A stretch of 64,000 nt of DNA from Schmidtea polychroa. Lineage: Eukaryota. A program made the position numbers and the translations under genes. How positions within the stretch are numbered: position 1 is the stretch's first letter; each line of letters starts with the position of its first letter. The notes beneath the pieces were generated by a model, which was not told the DNA's origin, did no database searches, and was given only the letters and a program-made list of their open reading frames with translations. This document shows positions 30,201 through 42,100 of this stretch, in pieces. Location of the stretch: contig CM097885.1 in NCBI GenBank assembly GCA_044892525.1, positions 33,294,001-33,358,000 of the forward strand, read 5' to 3'.

Positions 30201-33200
30201 AGAATAACATTTAAGTATTTTATTAGAGAATGTATACAATATCTAGTTAATGTATACACTGTCTAAGTTTATACTTTAAATGTAACATACACTACATGCG
30301 TTTCTACTATTGGTCTACAGCAAATGCAGCATTGGAATATATAAAAGTAATGACATAATCTGAGGAGTCGGGCAATCAAAACAATCAATCAAACATGCAT
30401 ACATCCATGCATATTAATTATAAAAGTTAACATAACATAATATAATTAACATGGAAATCAAATATCCCAATACATTTACTTTAAATTTAACATTGATAAA
30501 AATTCATTATATAAAATTGCAACTTTTTTCCTTATTTAAATAGAAAAAGTTATTATATATTGACCTGTATCCTGACAATAAATATACGATGAAAAGGATT
30601 GTTAGAGATATTATCGTAAATTAATGTAAGCTGCAAAACAACTTTAAAATGATAGTCGTTCATCATATAATACGAGTATTTGCATTTATTCCTACAGATA
30701 AAAGTATACAACTTAATTTATTTTATATAATTTAGTCGTTTGATAAAGGTATTCTTAATAAAGGTTAAATTAATATTATAATTACTCTGATATTAAAAAT
30801 AAATTATTAATTTTTAATAAAACAAAAAATAAATTACTTTTCAATTTAATGTTGCAGAGGAATAAAACACCGATTTCACTTCCAATTACAAGATATTCAT
30901 TATCTGTCGGATTTAAACTACCACAAAGTATAGAAACACTTTTTGATAAACTTCCTCTATAACGTATAGATTTCGGTAAATCTCGAGCTGTCAAATTATA
31001 ACTGAAATATAATTAATAAAATTACTAGTTATAGTATAATATTATATATTTCTAAATATAAAAATATGATCAACTGTGAAAGTTTTACATATACGGAATA
31101 AAAGGAATAAATAAATATAAACCAATTATTCGTTATATATAATACGTTGAATTTATTTTATTTTTGAAAAGAATTTAATTATTTAACACAATTTTTCGGC
31201 ATAGCTTTTTACATCCATCGTAAATCGTAAGCTATTGAAAAATCACATTTAATAATTGGTAGAGGGCAATTTGGAAGAATATAATATGCAAAAATCATTG
31301 ATTGTTTGACAAAATAACAAAGATTTATAAATAAAATATGTAAAAATACGAAGTTTTAAAATTTTGAATTGAGAAAACAGAATTTTATGATTTTTTAGCA
31401 AAATATAATTTTAAAAATTAATGAATTAGTTTGTTTGAAAAAGAGCAAATCTAATGATGACAGTGAGTCTGTCGAAATATATTGTAGTTTAATATATATT
31501 GGATTCGCGNNNNNNNNNNNNNNNNNNNNNNNNNNNNNNNNNNNNNNNNNNNNNNNNNNNNNNNNNNNNNNNNNNNNNNNNNNNNNNNNNNNNNNNNNNN
31601 NNNNNNNNNNNNNNNNNNNNNNNNNNNNNNNNNNNNNNNNNNNNNNNNNNNNNNNTATATTAATAAATTCAATATATCTTAAATAATATTTATAAAAACA
31701 AATACTAATACTAACATATGAATCGAAAAGGATCTCAAATATTGTAAAAGAAATGTGAATTGCATACTTTTTTTAATTCAAAAAAGTGAACTTCCATTCA
31801 AAGTCACGAAAAAGTCATGGTACTCTTTGATATTAGAAAATAAATACAAAGTTAAATATTAAATGATTGATTGGCTTCAAAAATTTACAAATTTAATAAT
31901 TGTCTAAAGAAAATATACAAAAGCATGATGCCCATAAATTTAAACCTAATAAAACATCGTATTATATAAAATCTTAAATTTATTTATTCTAAACAATGCT
32001 TCAGTTTATAAATTAATTTAAAATAAATAGATTTTATAATATCAAAATAATTATTTTATTAGTCTTTAAATAAATATAATAGTATCATATGACCAGTTGG
32101 GATCTCAAATTTCAAAAGTAGAAATAACGGAACTTCATTGATAAAAATGTAAATAAACATTCAAAGAAATTATCATTTATTTAAGCTAGATAAATATGAT
32201 GAAAATGCAAAAATAGTTATCTTCAATCAATTATGGAGAAAAATTTAAATCATGTAGCGATTTAATCAAAAGAAAAAAAAGAAAAAAAATATTTATGTTA
32301 ATATAAAAAATATTTGTTATGATAAAAAAATCACTTGTTTGAATAATCAGTTTTTTTTAATTTTTATGCTAAAATACATATATAGTGATTTTGATATTTT
32401 TTAATAATTTATTATGAATTATATTATCAATGATTGGTTCACAGAATATTCCGATGGAAATATGTCTTCTCAAGGAGTATTTTAAATTAGAATAAAAATC
32501 TGGAAAATCTTGGCTTGCATTCCCTTATTAATATTACTTATGGCATTTTTTGTTCAATACCAATTATGTTGGCGATTTATTTCTACCCGATATTAACAGA
32601 AAAATTGGATTTTGGTCTGGAGATGTTTATAAATTACAATGCGATGCAATTGTTGTTCCAATCAATAATTCAGTCGAAGGCGAACTTTCCGTCGAATCTT
32701 CATTAATTTATAAATTTGCTGGAACTAAATATGCGCCTTTAATGCAAAATACCGTTTTTTCTCATGAAGCTGTAACACATTTCACAGATGTTTCAAGTAG
32801 TAATGAACAACAAAAACTAAACCGTATCATTCCGGTTTTCATGCCATTTATTGGATATATTATATCACTAATAATTGGAACTTTAATTGTTGTTCTCATG
32901 TCTATCGTTGGATTTTGCTTCTGTTTATGTCGACGTGGGGAGAAATGTGGTGGTAAAGTTAAAGTTCTATTAGGAATCATTTCTGTTATTATGTTAACTG
33001 GCATTGTTCTAACGTTTATCAAAATAAACTAATCCCTGACACGCTAACAAATCCAAAACTTATGCACCATTCTCTTTCTAATATTTACATTGAAATATCA
33101 AATGCAGAAAAGTTATCCAGAAACAATGATGGCCTGATAAATAAAACTCAGTTTCAAGATATGCTCAGCTGCCAATATTTTAATAATCTAAAAGCGGATT

Positions 33201-36084
33201 CTTTTAATGAAAAGGTCAAACAATGTCCTTCATCAATCAAGAAGGAGCAAACCACAACAAAATGATTTTACCAAAAAAAATTATTCGATTTTACATTTCA
33301 ATTCAATAAAAATAAATATAATAGATTTAATTTCAAACATCATCGATAATAAAATTATAAGAAAATTATTTAAAATTTATTTGAAATATAAATTATATTA
33401 AATTAATTAGGAAATTTGTCTAATCAATAAAAAAATATTTATGAAATTTATAACAAATCTGGAAAAATATTATTTGGCTTTTATAGTGTACGTGGAATGG
33501 TCAAATAAATTCGTGTTAAAACGGTTGCATCATTTATAAAACAATAACTTTCTATTTATTACGAAATACCAATCTCATTCCATGTGATCAGCAGATCTAA
33601 TTTAAAAGTACAGGTAACACCCGTTCACCGCGACCCTGGCGAGTGCGAATTCGTTATAACGCGACCGCAATTTAAAAAAATATTTTTCAGACACGCTTTG
33701 AGAGTGCGATAAATCGTCATAATGAGTGACACATAATGTTCTTGCTCACTTATACGCATTTAAATGTACATAGTAAGTCATGAGAGTGAGTGAGACAAAA
33801 TAACGTCACTACTTTGCTCTTAGTAGATACAATTTACATACATACAGTTGACCTAGTCTTAGTTGTGATAACAAACGCGTCTTAATTAATTAAATTGATT
33901 ACATAATGATTTTTGAGCAATTTGTAATTTTTAAAATGTCAAAAAGATAAAGTGATAAATCGGTTAAGAAAACTCGCAAAGTATTGACCTTGGAAAAGAA
34001 ATTAAAAATTATTGAAATGACAGAAAATGGTGCTAAATGTACAGCTGTAGGAAGTGATTTAAATTTGGCCGAGTCTAAAGTGCGAACAATTGTGGGACAA
34101 AAAGATAAAATTAAAAAGGCTGGTGAGAGTGTTACTCCATTTACAGGGACGAAAGTTTCACGAACCAGAAGTTTTTTGATGACGGAAATGGAGAATTTAT
34201 TAAGCAAATGGATAGAGGATCTGAATCAAAGGCTATTAATACTCAAATCATAATGACTAAATCACTTAGTCTTTGGGATCATTTAAAATCTCAACATGAA
34301 GGAGATAAAATATTTAAAGCAAAGGTTGGTTTGATCGGTTTAGAAAACGATCAAACTTGCATAATCTTAAAATGATTGGTGAATCGGCTAGGGCTGACAT
34401 GGAATCTGCTGAAAAATATCCAATTGAGTTCCGGAAAATTGTGGAAAGGGGAAATTATTCAACAGATTTAATTTTTAATGTGGATGAAACTGGACTTTAT
34501 TGGAAACAAATGCCGTCGAGTACATTGATTTCCATAGATGAGAAGACTGCTTCTGGGTTTAAAGCATCTAAAGACCGTTTGTCTATTAACAATTTGTGGG
34601 TCTAAATATAATTGCGAACAATTTTAAAACCTACGAAATACAAACCAAATTTGGCATAGTTATGTTGTAGAAGAAGGTTCAAACCCGAAAATCACACTAG
34701 ATTTACTTTTTAAATACCTAATATATTTTATGAATTTTATTGTTTTTATTTTGAATTAATAAAAATTCAGTTCATTATTTTATTATGGCTCCACAATATT
34801 GTATTTTGAACTTTTTTATAGTTTTTTCTCTTAGGTTGAAAAAGGTTTCTAGCCATTGGTTTATCTTATGCAAGACTACCTTGACTTTCGATGCCACTGG
34901 AATTGATCAGCTACGTGTTATTGTCAAAAACAAATTCCAGAAAACTTATTAAACAAAGAAAATTTATTAAAGAAAACTTATTAAAAATTCAGACGAAGAT
35001 CTCAGTTTGGTTTGTAATTTATTCATTTGAGAGCACAACAAGAGTTGAGAAATATAGAACGAAAGAACAATTGCGAGATGAAATCAAGCGCAGTATTGAT
35101 GAGAATTTCAACAATTCGCATATCATAGTTTATCAAATAGACTGGAAATGCATGGTTGTTAGATTATCTTGAAAAAGACGAACAGCCGTTAACATCAGAC
35201 AAAGAATCAAGTCTAATTGAAATATGTTAACTGATGAAAGTCCAGTTGGACGACATGCAACTCATCACCATCAACAAATCCCTCACTCGAATACATCTGA
35301 TTCCACTGTATTAGTTTGGTCCAATAAAGAAGCAACGGAAATTTAGAAGGCCGAAACAATATATCAGTAAAATCTATAGCAATCGAGGATTCTATTTAAG
35401 TAATGAGTGTAGTATTAGTTGAAAGAAACATCAGCAGAGGGGTTGACAAATCATTCGCAAGCGTAAAAAGAGAAAATTATCAAACCTGTAGCACAGCAGA
35501 ACACCAATACAAAATAAAATAAAATTGCACTCTCCTTTGAAAACCAAGTAAGTGTTCCATTCCAATTGCACTTAGAAAAAACTAATATCAAAAACTGGGT
35601 TATTATTGAAGTGCATGGCATGGTGGGCTAATATGGATAATTACGTGGATTCATTTGTGAGAAATTATATCGATAGGAAAAGAAAGTTAATATTGAAAGT
35701 GTAAGGCAATCACGGGAGCGGGATGGGAAACCATTTGATCACATCCATTTGTACTGAACATTTATAAAAATTCAAATATTCAGATATATTTTGATGAAAT
35801 AATTCTTGTGTATCTTTTATATTGGAATTTTATTTTATGTAAAAATAATATTCAGAATAAAATTCAGAACTTGGCTGTTTGTCATATGAAATCATTCAAT
35901 ATTAATAATAAAAGTCATAAATACTATTTGACGTGTAGACTTCTAAATATGATTTACAACCAGAAAATTCTGCTGCCATAATTTATAGTTTTTCAACAAA
36001 TTATTTGATGACTTTACTTTTAAGATTTTATTCCGAGAAATAAATATTGAAAAATTAAAAGTAAGTATGAAATAGAATAATAAC

Positions 36085-36163
<79 letters not shown>

Positions 36164-39100
36164 TTAATAATAATTAGAGCTTCCAAAATTACTGTATATC
36201 CGATTAACGGTAATACCGAAATCATTTTCCATCATTACCGATATTTCAGGAAAAAATTTATTGCAGTATTTTTGTTTGAAAAGTTTTTGATATAAATATA
36301 GACCAGCATTTTTCAATTTTTGTTTTCATTGTTCCACCAGCTAAACAAATTAAATGTTTGCTTAGCACTAGCAAAAGTCAGAAAAAAATCAACAAGCTTA
36401 TCTTCAAACAGGATATGTTTAGTATTGAAATGGCGCTGGAGTATAGGTTTCATTGAATGATTGAAAAGTTTTTATTGCAGATGACACATTGGAATGTGGG
36501 TTCATTTTCATCACCACGACCATGTAGATCCAAAGGATAGATACCTATCGTAAGATTCGTTATAGACAAGTTCTTGTTTTATTTTAAGTTTCAACCATTG
36601 ATGCTTTTTGTGTTTTCAAATTATAATAATATATAATGAATTATAATTTATTAAAGTAATGTAGTTTTTGTAATGTAAGTATATAATTTGTATATATTTT
36701 GTTTTCTTTTAAATCCATTTAATACATATAATGACGACCTTTGCGTTTCAAAAGAGCTCACTGATGCTTGCAAGTCTTAATTTGTAACGAGTTTGTTGTT
36801 AGTTGAATTTGCCGTGTTTTTGACAATAATTTTAAGCACCACTCTTAGAAGAATTTTTATTATCAGAACAATCTTTATAGGTTTTACCATTTTAGAATTA
36901 TCAAAACTTCAAATGTATGAAACCTATTATGATATTCTACTACCACATTTTAAAAATAGAATATCAATGCATGCAATGGATACAGATAGTATATTTTTAA
37001 AAATATATACTAAAAACCTAAAAGAGGAAATATCTGAAAATGAAATCCCAAGGAATTTAATAAATTCATCTGGAGAATTATTCACCTTTAAAGATGAAAA
37101 ACCAAATACTCCAATAATTGATGCTGTATTTATTAGAGCCAAACAATATTCACTAGAAATGATTGAAGCCCCAAAGACTGAAACCCATTCAATTAGGATT
37201 GGGGATATAGACTATACATTTGATATACCAGTATTAAAACTTGTAACGTCTAAAGATAATAAAAATAAAGGTATACAGAAAGCAGTTTCTAGAACTATAC
37301 CCCATCAAGACTATAAGGATATTCTAAATAAAAATCAACCAGATAAAATAGTTGAGGTTCATCAACTTAAATCTGAAAAGCATTACATGTATTTAGAAGA
37401 ATCAAATAAAATATCATTATCAAATTATGATGATAAGAGGTATATTTTATCAGATTTAAAAAAGACTTCCAATTGGAAATGATATGATTCCACATATAAA
37501 AAATTTAAAAGTCTTGAATGATTTATATCATACAAACATAACAGACCTTCAACTGTATCAAGTTCAAATACTCTACCCTGAAAGTCATTCTGAAACTCGA
37601 AATATTTTAGACTCTATAACCATATACGTCAAGTATTTAAATACTAATCCATCAGAAGAAGAATTTGAATCTCATAGATTAGAGATTCAAAGATTATCAG
37701 CCATCAATGACTGAAAGTCTCTGAAAGTCATTCTGGAATCTTAAAAATGACTGAAAAATCAATACTTGAAAACTTAAAGTCTTTAACTGACGACAAGATA
37801 CTTTTAATTGATATTATCAAAGTTTTGCATAAATTAAAAAATAAACCATCTGTTTCAATAATAAAAATTTTTTCTTTTATATTTATAACATCTTTTTTAT
37901 TTGCTCTTTTATTTTCTCTTGCTCTACCTTGGTTGAAGTCTTTCTGGCTTTAATCTCTTTAGATATTTTCATCAACTGAACCTCAAGATCATTTATAATC
38001 CAAAGTAATACAGGCTCTCGAATAGCAAGTTGCGCAGCTTGCAGGGCTTTATCCTCTGAAGATTTCTCATTATATTCTTTTAATGCAAGACTTGATTCCT
38101 TTTTAATAATAGGATTGCTTTTTATCAAGTTTAAAACACGTTCATTCATTTATTAAAGTTTTTATTTTCTTCTCTCCATTTGCTAAATAACAAGGTCTGG
38201 GGTCCGGAAGTCAAAGGCTGTTGATCTAAAATATCTTCAACATCTTCAGTCGTAGAGACTTCTATCCCGGAGGCTAAAGGATCTTTCTTTTGCCTTTTAT
38301 ATTTCTTAGACTTGATGCAGTTATGATTTTGTTGAAGTACATTAGTTGAACAATCATTACAATAAACACCCTTTTTCTCTATAGCCTTCTTTCTCTTACC
38401 TGTATGCCTATAGGGAGAATCAATTCCTAAATCTTTTCTAATTCTTCTCATCGTCGAGTCTGAAGTACCAATCATTTTACAAATTTGAGTCTGAGAAAAA
38501 GTAGGGTTTTCACTCTTTAATCTTGCAAATTCAAAGACTTTCTCTTTTTGTTGAATCTTGTTTAATTATTGAAAGCTGTTCAATTTTTTTTATAAAGCCA
38601 TCCATTTTTATAGTTGAGGAAATAAAGCAAAATAATATTCTCCTTTTCCAATTTGGTCTTGTATACTTAAAGATTGAAATTTAGTTATTTTATTTAAATA
38701 ATCAGGGTCATTAATTCTTACAAGATAAAAGATGTAACACTTTTCACATATTCTAATTTTATCCTCAAGTGATAAACTTCTAAAATCATTCAACCTAGAT
38801 TTCATTATTTCTTCCATTTTTTAAATTAAAAATTATACAGTCTTACGAAGTCTTACGTCGAAGTCTTACGTCGAAGTCTTACGAAGTAACAATTTCTCTC
38901 GGTATTGTTTTTTATCTTCTTTAACCTTTGTGGTTTTCAACTTTATAACTTCATTTTTAATATCTTGAATTATTTGATTTGATTTCATTATTTCTTCATC
39001 TGTTAGGATTCCATCTTCCAAGGCTTTTAATTGAAATAAAAATAATTTTGATATCCCCAAGTCTATTGTCAAACAAGCTTCACGATATAAACTTTTCTTT

Positions 39101-42100
39101 TTTGAAGTATAAGATAAAGAAAATATTTCAGTCAAGAAAGAATCTGCAACAGAAATACTTCCAAGTATTACGGGTGCAAGAGTAACAACTGGTAAAGTTA
39201 TAGGTAAAACAATTGTAAGTATTGCAGATGTAAATCCTAAGGAGTAACCTATAATCTTTAAAGCTGTATTCCCTTTATTCCATCTATTTTTAATTTTTTT
39301 ATAATGCTTTAGTAAGTCATTTAAATGTAAAGTTTCTGATTTAAATTCTTTCACTCTCATGACTTCAAGTTCTGTAGGAGCTGATGGTTCTGGACTTTGT
39401 ATCTTTGGATAGATGGTTTCCATTTTAATAATTAAAAAATTAAGACTTTATTATCTGGTACCAACGCTCGCATATTATAAGAAGTTCGTGTTGTGAGAAT
39501 GTCTTTATACAATTCTACCAACGCTTTACGAACTTGATCAACATCAACCTTTTTTTCATAAAATATTAAATCTATATAACTTACAAGTGTGCTTTTAAAA
39601 ATAATATTCTTACTTTTAACTTTGTGTTTTTTGTGAATCAGTATTATCATGCCAATGTCCATGTGGTAAATCATAACCAGTTATTATAACTTCACCCTTT
39701 TCAAACATACTATTATAATCACATTTTACAAACCATTTCATTGTTTCACCATCATCAGTAAATAAAAAGAAATAAGGATCAATAATCTTTACAACCATAA
39801 AACAAGACCATTCTTTACTATTTGTTGTTATTAAACTTGGTTCTATAAAATGTTTATATCTATTGGGTAATAATGTATTATTCTGTTCTAATTCAGCAGC
39901 TCTTTTTCTAATAGTGTGTGTTGTGTTAATGTGTGTTGTATGAGATTCTAATTTGACAAGTCTTACATTAAATGATGCAATCATCTCATTTATTATATTA
40001 TATATTGTATTAATTTTATTATCCATAAGTTTTTTATGCATAAGTCTTTTATTTTTTTAAAATTGGTATTGTATCAGTTAACCTTTGAGTTTCTTTGGCT
40101 ATCTTTAAGGCTTCTTCATTTAATCGTTGTTCGATATTATTAAGCTTGGATCCTGTAGAATTAAATCTTTCATCTACATATTTTTTATTAGTTGCATCAA
40201 AACCATCAATCGGAGGAGATAATTCTTTTATCTTGTGTCCGTTTAAAAATAAATCACCCTTCATTGAATCTCCTTTTTCGTTTACAAATCTTTTTTCTGT
40301 AAGGTTTATAACATCTTCATCTTTTAATCCATCATTATATAATCCTAATTTATTATAATTCATTTTTATAGTCTAAACTTGTTTCAAATGTAAACACATT
40401 GAAATCTTTTCTCCATTAAAATTAATTAATTCTCCATTTTCATCAACAATTTTAAAATGAATATCCATTAGGTTTTTTCTACATAAAGGTAAATAGTTTG
40501 GAGGATTCATTCTTTCAACCATTTTATACCCAACTCTGACAACATTAGAAGGAAAGGAATATAAAATATTTGCATGTTTACCATTATTATACGAACCCGT
40601 TATACAATCACATAATTAAATATATTATGTAAGCCATTATAGCGGAGTGGGAATAGGCTTCAATTTTATCACCGGGAGTACCGGGTTCAATTTTCGATTT
40701 TGGTCAATTTTTTTCGATATTTTTTTTCAACGGAATCTGATTCAGCGTACTGATTTTAGAATATATTTAAATTTTCAGATCGATCTGAGTGGTAGTTGTC
40801 GAGAAAATGAATAATTAATTTCATCAATAAATAGTCACGCATTAACAACTTATTTTATATTGAGTATAGCTCTAATAGCTTTAAGGTAATAGCACTCGAC
40901 TGCATTGCCAATATCAATGGGTTCAAATCCCATTTCGGTTAATTTTTTTTCAAATTTTTTTTAACGAAATATTGATCAGCATACTCGATTTAGTACTTGT
41001 ACAAATTTTTAAGGTGATTGGTCAACGGCAACTCTTGGAAATTTAAGATCAAAAACGTTTTAACTTAAGCTACCAATGTACATTAGATAATTTAAAATAT
41101 TTTTATACTATTAATATAGCAAATTGCGCCGCTTGCTAGTTTTTAATATTTAATATTTTTATGTTTTACAAGTAGTGGACGTATGGCCTTCACGGCGTAA
41201 ACCTGGTATCCTCGGTTCCTGCCAGGGGGATTAAGGATTTGGCTTGGTAAATTAGGGGTTTTTATGAATAAAAGATGTAAAAATAAAGGGTTAAAAAGAT
41301 GGAAATGTTTAATTTTTAAGCTGGATGGCTAGGATGGGGTGGTGCCGTGAAGGCCATACGTCCACTACTGACATCAAAGGTGCAGCCATTATACCTTACA
41401 GTTAATAAATTGTGTAAAATGTAAGAGGACTATATCATCAATGATACATCAAACATACAAAGTCTGGCATCTTATTTTCGAATGGATTGTCTCCTCCTCG
41501 GAAGAATTTAACATTTCAACCTTTTTAAATAGCTTTCATGTTTGTTTCGGTGAAGATGACGATGTTTTTTGAAACTGAAGAAAATGAAATGGAAATTAAC
41601 GAGTCTGGTTCAAACATTGCTGACGCCTCTGAACTTGTCGATTTACTAGAAAATGTCATTGTTACTGATAATGAAATTTGTGATGATTATAAAGCGATGT
41701 TAAGAAAAGTCAAGGTAAATAAAGAAGTGTATCTTCAAATTAAACAGTGTTTTAATCGAATAAGCTGCACATCGTATTAGCTGCATCGCAAAAATGTTGC
41801 TTTTAGCACGTATAAGTTGCAGCTTATACTTGGGATTTTACAGTAATAACTAAAATAATAAAAACTAAAAGTCAAAAGTCAAATGATAGGAAAATTAATA
41901 AATTATCTTGTCCTTTCATTAGTTAAAATTGAAAGAAAGTCTTTGCCAAATGAAAGCACTGTTTACAAAATTTTCTTAGATCTTTGATTCAATTATACTA
42001 CAATAATTATTTGGTATTTACATTCAGTGTCTGCAATTGAAACGATTTTTTCCGTTTTAAAAATAACTTCATCAGATAAGCCATTCTTTGAGAGAAAATA

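Larger units (their letters stand above)
36856..40615. mobile_element. Polinton/Maverick (adintovirus-like) internal fragment
   Basis: Gene-dense block with almost no spacers: PolB C-terminus (+) converging on a minus-strand cluster of penton C-terminus, fibre-like, 2-TM, small and HTH ORFs. No TIRs, integrase, ATPase or major capsid gene seen. Confidence 0.85.

Noticed and set aside
35228-35275. CTGATGA-AA-GTCC AGTT GGAC-GACA, hammerhead-like
   Set aside because: Extra bases, GAAA replaced by GACA, and no stem I or III pairing.
40869-40936. tRNA-Cys-like sequence
   Set aside because: Acceptor and anticodon stems do not pair; treated as a repeat head, not a tRNA gene.
41538-42100. Acidic ORF and weak hAT-like motifs
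   Set aside because: Too decayed to assign a family with confidence.
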